A DNA stretch of 64,000 nt from Dehalococcoidia bacterium (GTDB taxonomy: Bacteria > Chloroflexota > Dehalococcoidia > Plut-88900): contig OZ240219.1 in the NCBI GenBank assembly GCA_965197645.1, positions 64,001 to 128,000 of the forward strand, read 5' to 3'. Position 1 is the first letter of the stretch. Every line of letters starts with the position of its first letter. Shown in pieces: positions 39,549 through 48,870 of this stretch. The position numbers and the translations under genes were made by a program. A model generated the notes under the pieces. It had not been told where the DNA came from. It saw only the letters and a list, made by a program, of their open reading frames with translations, and did no database searches.

Positions 39549-40826
39549 ATGACCAGCATGGAGACATCTCCCCGGAACCGGCTGGAGCGGTTCCTCCCGG
39601 CCCTGTTCCAACGGGACTACCGCGTGATGTGGTATGGGCACCTCTCCGGAGAATCGGCATCCTGGGCCATGGGCGCCGCCGAAGGCTGGCTCATCTTCAA
39701 TCTCACCGGCAGCAGCACCTGGGTGGGGGCCATATTCCTGGTGGCTATGCTTCCCTGGTTCGTGGTGCCGGTGATCGCCGGTTATCTGATCGATCGGTTC
39801 GTCCGGCGGGACATACTGGCATGGGCGTACGTGGTAAGCCTCCTGCACAGCTTTACCCTCGCATTTCTGGTCCTCACCGGTGCGATCCAGCCGTGGCACA
39901 TACTTCTCCTGGCCTTCATCAACGGCAGCTCCAGGGCCGTTCACATGGGCGCTATGGAAGCGCTGGCCGCCAATCTGGTGCCGGAGAAAACCCTGCCCAA
40001 CGCTTACATCCTGGTCAACGCTGGCTACTACGCCACCCGCCTGATCGGCCCCGGACTGATTGCGCCGATTGTGGACGAGATCGGCCTTGAGTGGATCTTC
40101 TTCGGCTGCACCGCCTTCTACGGGGTAGGCGTGTCCATGATCCTTATGATCCGCACCCGATCGACCGGAGTCGTTGAACACGGGAAGGGACTGCGTCACA
40201 ACGTGTTTACCGGTTTCGCGTACGTCTACGGGCACCCGGTGTTGCGCAGCATCATCCTCGTGGTGATGTTCCACTGAATACTGATAATGTCATTTGAATC
40301 GCTCGTGCCAGCGATTTCGGAAAACCAGCTAGACGCCGGGGGCGGCGGAGTGGCGTACATCAACATGATGGTCGGCCTGGGGGCCCTGTTGCTTTCCATC
40401 GCAGTACTCCCGATAAGAAGCCAAGCATTGATAGGACGGCTCTTCTTGATCTCTGCCGTAGTCAGCATCGTCGGCAATGTGATTCTTGCGCTGGCGCCCA
40501 CTCTTCTCATCGCCATGCTGGGAACAGTGGTGATAGGGATCTCCCATACCGGTTTTATGACTATGGCCACTATCATGATCCAGGTGATAGCTCCCGATAG
40601 CATGCGCGGGCGCATCACAGCCATCTATCTGATTCATGCCGGAGGCATCATGGGTTTTTCCTACTTCGCCAACGGGGTTCTCGCCGATATCTTCGACCCC
40701 AGCTGGGTACTCCTGGTGGGGAGCATGGCCTTTTTGGTTGTACTCATGGCCAGTGCCTTCATACGCACCCCGAGGCGTCTGTACCACGCCGGCATTTCCA
40801 CACAGGCGGGCATGGTTCCCAGCTAG
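39549..40826 (+). CDS. MFS transporter (DHA3/EntS-like) with in-frame TGA at codon 243; candidate selenoprotein, alternatively a nonsense pseudogene
   Basis: ORFs 39549-40277 and 40287-40826 are in the same frame; read-through gives 425 aa colinear with 427-aa paralog; TGA aligns to paralog Cys. Confidence 0.65.
40293..40321 (+). promoter_or_regulatory. Putative bacterial SECIS hairpin
   Basis: Stem AATCGCT/AGCGATT, loop CGTGCC, extendable with a bulged T; loop begins after a 26-nt spacer from the TGA. Confidence 0.55.
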
Positions 40827-41121
40827 GCGGTCGTACTCGGTAACTTCGGGACGGCGTCCGGAGCCCGGCGGCGTCTCTCAGATACGATTTTACCCTCCCG
40901 CTCAGAAAGGGCCCCCCACCCCAAGCGGTTTTATCCTCCCACCCCGGATTCCATCCGACAGCTCCCCACCCCTGGAAAGAGATCCTGGGAGATGGGTGAA
41001 GGAGGTATCCGCGCCGAGGTAACAATCCTGGAATATCGCTGCGGTCAGGCGTATAGTGTGAAGCGTTGTTCCTCCATGGGACCTATGGGCAAGGCAAATT
41101 AGACGGCTGCAACCTACCGGC

Positions 41122-42405
41122 ATGGCCTCAATAGCAGGAGCGAAAGAGCTAGCCCGGGGAAGGCTTTTCCCCGCCCTGACCCACTCCGATTTTCGGCGGA
41201 TGTGGTTTGCCGAAATCTCGGCGAACTCGGCATCGTGGGCGCTCATCACAGCGAAGGCGGTGCTGGTCCACGGACTGGCCGAGAACAATCCCAACGCCTG
41301 GACCGGGTTCGTGATCTTCGCGTCGATGATTCCCTACGTGTTCGTGCCGGTGCTGGGCGGACTGCTGGCGGACCGGTTCGTTAGAAAGAACCTGCTGGCG
41401 GTGGCCTATGCGGCCAACATACTGATCAACCTGCTTCTTGCCTTCCTGGTGCTCACCGATATGGTGCAGATCTGGCAGGTGGTGTTGATCTCCTTCGCCA
41501 CCGGAAGCGCCACAGCCATACAGTACGCGGCCGCTGAATCCCTTACGGCGAACCTGGTGCCCAAGAAGTACCTGATCAACGCCTACGCCCTGATCAATGC
41601 GGTGTTTCACTCGACGAGACTGATGGGGCCCGGGGCGATCGCGCCGCTGGTCGATCGGATGGAACCGGGCTGGATATTCCTGATGTGCGCCGGCGCCTTC
41701 ATGGTAGCGCTGCCTCTGGCGTTGAGCATAAAGACAATCTCGACCGGTGAGGTGGAGGAGGCTAAGAGCGTCCTCTACAACCTGGCCGCCGGGTTCAAGT
41801 ACACCTATTCGCACCCGATCATATGCAGCATCATCCTGCTGGTGCTGTTCCACTGCGCCCTCACCATGTCATTCGAATCGATGTTGCCTGCGATCTCCAA
41901 ATTCAGATTGGATGCCGGAGACAGCGGCGTATTCTACATGAGCATGATGGTGGGTGCTGGGGCGCTCGTGATCTCGTTGGGGATCGCTCCACTGCGGGGC
42001 GAGGGCCTTCGCGGACGGCTTTTCCTGTTGCTCGCATTGGGCAGCTCCCTCAGCCCCCTGATGCTGGCAGTTGCCCCCAACCTCGCCTTAGCCATGATAG
42101 GGACAACTGTAATGGGCGCCACCCAGGCCGGGTTCATGGTGATTTCGTCGACGATGATCCAGTCGGTGGTGTCGGATGCTGTACGGGGCCGGGTGACCAG
42201 CATCTACGTGATCCACGCCGGAGGAATCATGTCGTTTGCCATGCTCGGCTACGGACGTCTGACTGACTCCATCGATCCAGGATGGATTCTGAGCGTGGGC
42301 GGCCTGGCTTTCATGGCAATAATCCTGGGGAGCGTGTTAGTGACGACAATCCGGCGGCTGTACTGGGTTGGGGTGCCTATGCCCGTTGGCGGCGGCTCCG
42401 AGTAG
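41122..42405 (+). CDS. MFS transporter (DHA3/EntS-like), Cys-containing paralog
   Basis: GGLLADRF, ANLVP, TRLMGP, FHCALTMSFES, RGRVTSIY; about 12 TM. Confidence 0.9.
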   Translation: MASIAGAKELARGRLFPALTHSDFRRMWFAEISANSASWALITAKAVLVHGLAENNPNAWTGFVIFASMIPYVFVPVLGGLLADRFVRKNLLAVAYAANILINLLLAFLVLTDMVQIWQVVLISFATGSATAIQYAAAESLTANLVPKKYLINAYALINAVFHSTRLMGPGAIAPLVDRMEPGWIFLMCAGAFMVALPLALSIKTISTGEVEEAKSVLYNLAAGFKYTYSHPIICSIILLVLFHCALTMSFESMLPAISKFRLDAGDSGVFYMSMMVGAGALVISLGIAPLRGEGLRGRLFLLLALGSSLSPLMLAVAPNLALAMIGTTVMGATQAGFMVISSTMIQSVVSDAVRGRVTSIYVIHAGGIMSFAMLGYGRLTDSIDPGWILSVGGLAFMAIILGSVLVTTIRRLYWVGVPMPVGGGSE

Positions 42406-42425
42406 TCTCTCTCGACGGTCTACTC

Positions 42426-42938
42426 TCAACCCTTCGAAGGGGTCATCTCCCGGCTGAGCTGGTCGAGCACCAGTTGATCGGTGGGGAAGGCCAGGGGCTC
42501 GGGTGGATTATCCGGCCGGAAATAGTCCACCAGGTCCAAATCGTCGCCGGCCTGAAGTGTCCCTCCGACTACCGTCCCACTGAACCAGATGCCGACGGTC
42601 AGGGAGTCGGGATCGTGGAAGTTGGAGTGTACGGTGTACACAGGCCCCACCTCGACCTGCAGACCTGTCTCCTCCAGAAGCTCCCGATAGGCGGCTTCGC
42701 GCACGTCTTCACCCCACTCGACGTAGCCGCAGGGGATGCACCATGCGCCTCGATAGCGCCCCCGTGCCCTTCGACCGAGCAATACGCGGCCGTCATCGAT
42801 GAGGATCACTGCCACACCGGTGACGGGATTTCGGTAGAGGACGTAGGAGCAACTGGAACAGACCAGCCGGTCTCGGTCGCCCTTGCGCCGGCTTTCGAGC
42901 CCGCTCCCGCATTTCGGACAGTAGCTGAATTCGGTCAT
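42426..42938 (-). CDS. NUDIX hydrolase with N-terminal zinc ribbon
   Basis: YCPKCG...VCSSC, YRNP, GYVEWGE....AAYRELLEETGL. Confidence 0.9.
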   Translation of the reverse strand: MTEFSYCPKCGSGLESRRKGDRDRLVCSSCSYVLYRNPVTGVAVILIDDGRVLLGRRARGRYRGAWCIPCGYVEWGEDVREAAYRELLEETGLQVEVGPVYTVHSNFHDPDSLTVGIWFSGTVVGGTLQAGDDLDLVDYFRPDNPPEPLAFPTDQLVLDQLSREMTPSKG

Positions 42939-43043
42939 GGCGTAGTGCGGGTATTAGAGCACAAAAGGGGCGCATTAACTACGGCATCCGGGGCAGACCG
43001 TTGACGTTGTAATCTTCGAACGAAAGGCAGCAAGGAGGAAGCT

Positions 43044-43223
43044 ATGACCAATCCTGTAGTCCATTTCGAGGTGGGAGTTAAGGACGGCAAAGCCGGGCAG
43101 GAGTTCTATTCAAACCTGTTCGAGTGGAGCATCAACGCCGAGCACGTAGCGGTCGGAAAGATGCTCTACGATGCCATCAAGTATCCGAAGCACAGTCGAC
43201 CGGCTCGAAGCGCTCGGCGATGA
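43044..43223 (+). pseudogene. Truncated VOC/glyoxalase gene fused to unrelated sequence
   Basis: AAGGAGG RBS; MTNPVVHFEV...QEFYSNLFEWSI then resemblance to VOC proteins lost; 59 aa. Confidence 0.65.
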
Positions 43224-43605
43224 TGAGGAGGTTAGGTGGGAGATGTATCGCGAAGCCGGTAACGACGGCGACGAGGTAGACGAGAAGCCGTTTTACGAAA
43301 CTATAGCGATCGTTGACGATGAAGACGATACGCCAGCTACCTTCGTCTATTTCCCTCAGGGCGCGCTCTATCGCCCTGCCTTGAGTCTCGCCTTTGAGAA
43401 CGTGCCACCATCCGCCCCGGAAGACTACGCGAATCTGCCTGTGAACCCGTTTTTGGCCCGGTGGCGGCTGCATATGACCGATTATACGCCTTCAAAGCCA
43501 GCGTCCAGGATTGTGTCATCCCCGAAAGATCAACCCAAAACGATGTCGTTCTCCTTGGGGAAGCAGTCAGACCGCCGTTTATCGCCAAGGTATTTTGCGC
43601 CCTGA
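43171..43605 (+). CDS. Hypothetical protein or gene fragment
   Basis: 144-aa ORF, no clear RBS, acidic; likely 3' remnant of a foreign gene. Confidence 0.3.
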   Translation: MPSSIRSTVDRLEALGDDEEVRWEMYREAGNDGDEVDEKPFYETIAIVDDEDDTPATFVYFPQGALYRPALSLAFENVPPSAPEDYANLPVNPFLARWRLHMTDYTPSKPASRIVSSPKDQPKTMSFSLGKQSDRRLSPRYFAP

Positions 43606-43714
43606 AACCTCCCGAGAATTGTTAACACCCTCTTAAATACGGGTCGTCCTTCCGGTGCTGGAAGGACGACCCGTATATGTCTTGAGGAATTGTATACTTA
43701 CCCTTGATCCTGAT

Positions 43715-44554
43715 ATGTCGACTGCTTCGGATCGGATAGAAACGGCACGGGCCGCCTACGAGGAGCTGAGGAGCTTCCTGGATGGGATGCCGCCTCTCCG
43801 CTGGAGCAAGACGAGCATGTGCAAAGGCTGGGAGGTGCGGGACGTAGTCGCTCATCTGGTACACGCCCTGAAATATCAGGCCAAGATGGTGCAGCTCGGT
43901 GTGAAGGGCGTGCCGAGACCGGCGGACATCTTCGAGGGGGTCACCCAGGAGATGAGGACCCGGGCCATCGCCCGGGAAGCTCGCCTCCAGAGTGAGAAGC
44001 TGGCAGACCAGCTGCTGCCGGCCTTCACCAACGGGTATCGCGAGATTTTCGATCTGTTCTCGTCGCTGACGGATGAGGAGCTGAACAAGAGGACCTTCCA
44101 TGCCATCGGGCCGGGAGGCGTGGTGAAGGTGAGAACTTATATCGATCTGGTCATCCTGGAGACGACCCTGCATAGCTGGGATATCCGGTACGCGCTGGAC
44201 CCATCGGCTAGGTTGACGCCGCCGAGTGTGCCCGTGCTTATGGGATATGCCTCGGCTTGGCTGCGGCGGACCCTACACCCGGCCGCGAGGAACGGGGAAG
44301 CGCTTAGATACCGGCTCAGGGTTGGTGATTGGCCGGAGACGATATCGGACATCCTGGTCCAGGGAGATGACTTCAGTCGCGTGGAGCCGGTCAGTCCGGA
44401 GGTCACGGCCACCCTTACATGTGACGTGGACAGCTTCCTGTTGCTCCACTTCGGGAGATTCGGGTTTCTACAGGCCATCGAGTCGGGTCGATTGGAGGCG
44501 GAAGGCGACGTCGAAGCCGTTGGGTTGCTGGACGCCTGGACACGGCCGGTCTGA
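43715..44554 (+). CDS. MDMPI/DinB-like (maleylpyruvate isomerase family) protein
   Basis: CKGWEVRDVVAHL, ETTLHSWDIR, SCP2-like C-terminus (GRLEAEGD). Confidence 0.85.
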   Translation: MSTASDRIETARAAYEELRSFLDGMPPLRWSKTSMCKGWEVRDVVAHLVHALKYQAKMVQLGVKGVPRPADIFEGVTQEMRTRAIAREARLQSEKLADQLLPAFTNGYREIFDLFSSLTDEELNKRTFHAIGPGGVVKVRTYIDLVILETTLHSWDIRYALDPSARLTPPSVPVLMGYASAWLRRTLHPAARNGEALRYRLRVGDWPETISDILVQGDDFSRVEPVSPEVTATLTCDVDSFLLLHFGRFGFLQAIESGRLEAEGDVEAVGLLDAWTRPV

Positions 44555-44568
44555 GGGCACCGAACCGT

Positions 44569-44597
44569 TTGCTAGGGCCGAGAGGAACGGATATAAT
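44569..44597 (+). promoter_or_regulatory. Sigma70 promoter for tRNA-Glu
   Basis: TTGCTA-17 nt-TATAAT. Confidence 0.7.
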
Positions 44598-44640
44598 CGA
44601 TAGGCCACGGCTGGGAGCCGTGGCTACCTGATTAACAAGG

Positions 44641-44717
44641 GGCGCGTTCGTCTAGCGGCCCAGGACACCGCCCTCTCAAGGCGGAGATCGCGGGTTCGAA
44701 TCCCGCACGCGCTACCA
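44641..44717 (+). tRNA. tRNA-Glu(CTC)
   Basis: Acceptor GGCGCGT/ACGCGCT, anticodon arm CCGCC-CTCTCAA-GGCGG, GGTTCGAATCC, CCA. Confidence 0.96.
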
Positions 44718-44727
44718 GAGACAAACA

Positions 44728-44767
44728 AGGCCCAGGCCCTCTTCGGAGAACCTGGGCCTCAGGTTTT
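44728..44767 (+). terminator. Hairpin after tRNA-Glu, possible terminator
   Basis: AGGCCCAGG...CCTGGGCCT then short T tract. Confidence 0.45.
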
Positions 44768-44827
44768 ACTATCCCCCACGCTGTCCTATAATGGGGCTGC
44801 TTGAGCTTTACTACGCTAGGAGGAGAT

Positions 44828-45628
44828 ATGGCTACTACCCACGAGCGGATGCAAAAGGGCGAAGAGACGATGGAGGAGCTGAGTGGCGGCACTCGAAAGG
44901 CGGCGGGGTTGCCTCAATACGAGGTGGCGCCCGACATGGGCCAGTGGGTCACCGCCAGTCTATTCGGCGACATATGGGGTCGGCCCGACCTTCCCAAGAA
45001 GATCAGAAGTTTCGCCAGCATGTCCGTGCTAACGGTTACGGGCAAGGAGGCGCAACTCAAGGGCCACGTGAACTTCGCGCTGAACATCGGCTGGAGCAAG
45101 GAGGAGATATCGGAGCTGTTCTACCACCTGGTGCTCTACGGAGGACTTCCCTCGGCGCTCAACGCACTGGGAGTGGCCAGGGATGTGTTCAAAGACAGGG
45201 GACTCCTCGATCAGCCCATGGAGCCGACGGAAGGTACCGAGGCGACCTTCGAGGAGAGATACGCCAAGGGCATCAAGGTGATAGCCGAGATGTCGGCTAC
45301 GGATGCTACGGAATTCTCCATGGGCGACGACGTGGCGATGGTACACGGCATGGAGGACCACATCATATCGAGCCTTTTCGGCGACGTATGGAGTCGGGAC
45401 GTGCTGCCGAAGAAGGTCCGGAGTATCGCCACCATGTCGGCGTTGACAGCGCTGGGAAAGGAACCTCAGCTGGAGGCCCACCTCAACTGGGGGCTGAACA
45501 TCGGCTGGACCAAAGAGGAGATATCGGAGCTGTTCTTCCACCTGGCGTTCTACTGTGGTCTGCCGGCCGTGCTCAACGGACTGAGGGTAGCCAGAGGAGT
45601 GTTCAAGGACCGGGGGCTGGTCTCCTGA
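44828..45628 (+). CDS. Carboxymuconolactone decarboxylase family protein with two tandem CMD domains
   Basis: Repeated FGD.W.R..LPKK.RS...H.N..LNIGW.KEEISELF.HL..Y.GLP; ATG after AGGAGG. Confidence 0.88.
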   Translation: MATTHERMQKGEETMEELSGGTRKAAGLPQYEVAPDMGQWVTASLFGDIWGRPDLPKKIRSFASMSVLTVTGKEAQLKGHVNFALNIGWSKEEISELFYHLVLYGGLPSALNALGVARDVFKDRGLLDQPMEPTEGTEATFEERYAKGIKVIAEMSATDATEFSMGDDVAMVHGMEDHIISSLFGDVWSRDVLPKKVRSIATMSALTALGKEPQLEAHLNWGLNIGWTKEEISELFFHLAFYCGLPAVLNGLRVARGVFKDRGLVS

Positions 45629-45660
45629 GGGCCTGCGCCCCACGATATAGGAGGGGAGAG

Positions 45661-47256
45661 ATGCAGTATTTCAAGCGCCGGCCGCCGGTATATGGTCGGA
45701 ACGGGATGGTGGCCACCAGCGAGACCCAGGCCGCTATGGCCGGACTCCAGGTCCTGAGGGATGGAGGCAATGCCGTGGATGCGGCGGTAGCCACCTCGGC
45801 CGCGCTCAGCGTTACGGAACCGATGTCGACGGGGATTGGCGGCGACCTTTTCGCCCTGGTGTGGTCGGCCAAGGACCGGAAGGTCTACGCCCTGAACGGC
45901 AGCGGCCGAGCTCCCAAGGGGGCATCTCTGGAGGAGCTGCGCTCCAAAGGGCATAGCCAGATTCCCGGCCACAGCGCCTACGCCGTATCGGTCCCTGGCG
46001 TAGTGGACGGCTGGCGGACCCTGTTGAAGGGCCACGGCTCGAAACGGCTCTCCGAGCTGATGAAACCGGCAATAAAGTACGCCGAAGAGGGGTTCGTGGT
46101 CTCGGAGCAGATAGGCCGCTATTGGGCCAACACCGAGGCGAAGCTGGCCCAGTATCCATCGGGTTCCGAACTGCTGCTAAACGGCCGGGCGCCAAGGGCC
46201 GGCGAGGTGATGAAGCTGCCCGAGCTGGCAGCCACGTTAAAGGCTATAGCCCGCAGCGGGCCCAAGGCGTTCTACCAGGGCAAGCTGGCCAAGAAGATAG
46301 CCGGGTACGTACAAGAGCACGGCGGGTGGCTGGACACCTCGGACCTGTCTCGGCACACTTCCACCTGGGACGAACCGATCTCGACGGACTACCGTGGGGT
46401 CACCTGCTGGCAGTGCCCGCCCAACGGTCAGGGGATCGCTGCCCTGATGGCCCTCAACATCGCCGAAGGGTTCGATATTCGAGGAATGGGATTTCAGAGC
46501 GTCGATACCTACCACCATCTCATCGAGTCTATGCAGCTGGCATTCCAAGACGCCCTCGACCACGTAGCCGACCCGAGCAAAGCCGAGGTCCCCATCCGAC
46601 GGCTGCTGTCCCAGGAACATTCCGCCGAGAGGCGTAGCGCCGTCGGCTACGATCGGGTGCTATCCAGGTCGGACGCAGGCAGGGTGATGGTCCGGGCCGA
46701 TACCGCTTACCTGACGTGCGTCGACGGCAAGGGCAACGCCTGCTCTTTCATCAACAGCCTGTACGAGTCCTTCGGCACAGGCCTGGTGGTACCGGGGACG
46801 GGGATTGCGCTGCAGAACCGGGCATCGCTGTTCTCGTTGGACCCGGACCATCCCAACGCCCTGGCCCCGGACAAGAGGCCCTTTCACACGATAATTCCGG
46901 GCATGGCCACTAGAGGCAACGAGCTGTGGCTATCCTACGGAGTGATGGGCGGTTTCCAGCAACCCCAGGGCCACCTCCAGGTGCTGGCGAACATGGTGGA
47001 CTTCGATCTAGACCCACAGGCCGCACTGGACGCCCTGCGGTTCAGCATTCAGCTTGGGGACGGCGTAGCAATAGAGGCCGAAGTGCCATCGTCTACGATG
47101 GAGGAGCTGCGAAGACGGGGCCACGCCATCATCCCGGTGGACGACCCAACGAGAGGACTGTTCGGCGGAGGCCAGATCATCGAGAGAGATGCGGACTCAG
47201 GAGTCCTACGCGGGGGCACGGAACCTCGCAAGGACGGCCTGGCGGTAGGGTGGTAG
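45661..47256 (+). CDS. ggt: Gamma-glutamyltransferase family protein
   Basis: GGNAVDAAVA, EPMSTGIGGD, PPNGQG, DTAY (catalytic Thr), KRPFHTIIPG, GVMGG, PRKDG; ATG 45661 after AGGAGG. Confidence 0.92.
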   Translation: MQYFKRRPPVYGRNGMVATSETQAAMAGLQVLRDGGNAVDAAVATSAALSVTEPMSTGIGGDLFALVWSAKDRKVYALNGSGRAPKGASLEELRSKGHSQIPGHSAYAVSVPGVVDGWRTLLKGHGSKRLSELMKPAIKYAEEGFVVSEQIGRYWANTEAKLAQYPSGSELLLNGRAPRAGEVMKLPELAATLKAIARSGPKAFYQGKLAKKIAGYVQEHGGWLDTSDLSRHTSTWDEPISTDYRGVTCWQCPPNGQGIAALMALNIAEGFDIRGMGFQSVDTYHHLIESMQLAFQDALDHVADPSKAEVPIRRLLSQEHSAERRSAVGYDRVLSRSDAGRVMVRADTAYLTCVDGKGNACSFINSLYESFGTGLVVPGTGIALQNRASLFSLDPDHPNALAPDKRPFHTIIPGMATRGNELWLSYGVMGGFQQPQGHLQVLANMVDFDLDPQAALDALRFSIQLGDGVAIEAEVPSSTMEELRRRGHAIIPVDDPTRGLFGGGQIIERDADSGVLRGGTEPRKDGLAVGW

Positions 47257-47273
47257 GAAAGAACGTCTAGGGC

Positions 47274-47804
47274 GTGAGCACCTACTACGGGATGGTCCAC
47301 GGGAGGTTTCAACCGTTCCACAACGACCATCTGGACTACGCCAAGAAGGCGCTGGCCAGGTGCGAGCACTTGATAATCGGGATAACCAACCCGGACCCCG
47401 AAACGATCCGGGAGGAGGGTACCAGCTCTCACCGGCATCGGGACGAATCGAACCCGTACACCTTCTTCCAGAGAATGTCGATGATCCGAGGCGCATTGGT
47501 GGACGAGGACGTGCCATTGGAGAGGTTCAGCTTCGTTCCATTCCCCATTCACCATCCGCAAAAGTGGCGGTTCTACCTCCCTCGAAGGGAAGATGTAACA
47601 CTGTTCATCCGGGTGTTCTCCGACTGGGAGCAGACCAAGGTGGATAGGTTCCAAGAGAACGGCTGGACTGTGGAGATACTGGACCCAGGGGAGTCCAAGG
47701 GGATAGAGGCGACGAACGTGCGGGAGAGGTTCGGGCACAACGGAAACTGGGAAGAGCTGGTCCCGAAGGCGGTGGCCGAGGTGATCAAGGAGATACGGAG
47801 CTAA
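47274..47804 (+). CDS. NadM-like nicotinamide/nicotinate-nucleotide adenylyltransferase
   Basis: HGRFQPFHNDH, NPYTFFQR, ATNVRE...WEELVP.AV. Confidence 0.8.
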   Translation: MSTYYGMVHGRFQPFHNDHLDYAKKALARCEHLIIGITNPDPETIREEGTSSHRHRDESNPYTFFQRMSMIRGALVDEDVPLERFSFVPFPIHHPQKWRFYLPRREDVTLFIRVFSDWEQTKVDRFQENGWTVEILDPGESKGIEATNVRERFGHNGNWEELVPKAVAEVIKEIRS

Positions 47805-47857
47805 CCGCTAAAGCCGCGTCTGTATAATAGTCCAGAGTAACCGAAGGAGAAGGTCAC

Positions 47858-48772
47858 GTGGAGGTATTCCTAGCCACGCCAAGGGGATTTTGCGCCGGGG
47901 TAGTGCGGGCCGTAGATGTAGTAGAGGTGGCGTTGAAGAAGTATGGCCGTCCCGTCTACGTCAAGCACGAGATAGTCCACAACCCGTATGTAGTGGAGTC
48001 GCTGGAGGCGAAGGGAGCGATTACGGTGGAGGACGTCGAGGAGATACCCCCAGGCTCCACCGTGGTCTTCTCGGCTCACGGGTCGCCTCCGGAAGACTTT
48101 CAGAAGGCCTCCGCCAGGGACCTACACGTAATCGATGCGACCTGTCCCCTGGTGACCAAGGTACACAACGAGGCTCGCAAGTATTCCAGGGATGACCGTA
48201 AGATAATTCTGGTGGGGCACCGTGGTCACCAGGAGGTGATCGGGACCATGGGCCAGGCGTCGATGGAGCTGGTCGACGAGAGGGAGGAGGTCCGGCTGCC
48301 GGAGTGGGACCCCACTACGCAGGTGACGGTGCTGACCCAGACCACCCTATCCGTCCACGATACCGATAGGGCCGTCCAGCAGATCAAGTCCAGATTCCCC
48401 AAAGCGATGATACGTAACGACATCTGCTACGCCACGACGAACCGGCAGGCGGCGGTAACTGAGTTGGCCTCCAAATGCGATGTGCTGTTGGTGATCGGCG
48501 CCAAGAACAGCTCCAACTGCAACCGCCTTCGGGACGTTGCCCAGGACAATGGGGTCGGAGCCTACCTGCTGAACGGCCCTGAGGGACTGCGGGACATCGA
48601 TTTGAGCGGTGTGAAACGGATAGGGATCATCTCCGGCGCCTCGACACCCGAGTCCCTAGTGGAGCAGGTAGTACAACGCCTTCAGCCTGACAAGGTCTCT
48701 ACGGTGGAGGGTGCCGAAGAAGACATCACCTTCGTGATGCCGCGTGAGTTCCGGGACGAAGTCCATACCTAG
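47858..48772 (+). CDS. ispH: 4-hydroxy-3-methylbut-2-enyl diphosphate reductase
   Basis: PRGFCAGV, IVHN, SAHG, DATCPLV, QTTLS, ICYAT.NRQ, SSN, GASTP. Confidence 0.96.
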   Translation: MEVFLATPRGFCAGVVRAVDVVEVALKKYGRPVYVKHEIVHNPYVVESLEAKGAITVEDVEEIPPGSTVVFSAHGSPPEDFQKASARDLHVIDATCPLVTKVHNEARKYSRDDRKIILVGHRGHQEVIGTMGQASMELVDEREEVRLPEWDPTTQVTVLTQTTLSVHDTDRAVQQIKSRFPKAMIRNDICYATTNRQAAVTELASKCDVLLVIGAKNSSNCNRLRDVAQDNGVGAYLLNGPEGLRDIDLSGVKRIGIISGASTPESLVEQVVQRLQPDKVSTVEGAEEDITFVMPREFRDEVHT

Positions 48773-48870
48773 ACCTCGCCCAATCTGGACACCCTGATCG
48801 AGCGGTTTGCGCCCGTCGTTGATGTATACTTGAGCCTGGACTGACCTGTAGCGCTCTAAGGAGCATCCAT

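Noticed and set aside
40890-41010. C-rich then G-rich intergenic stretch between the MFS paralogs
   Set aside because: Looks like a heavily decayed palindromic repeat; no clean stem or second copy could be defined.
43221-43226. TGA-TGA after the VOC fragment as possible Sec read-through
   Set aside because: Resemblance to VOC is lost well before the stop and a TAG follows within three codons.
44791-47256. 821-aa ORF suggesting a long N-terminal extension of GGT
   Set aside because: The first ~290 aa are an alternative frame of the CMD gene (R/G-rich, non-protein-like); GGT has its own RBS and ATG at 45661.
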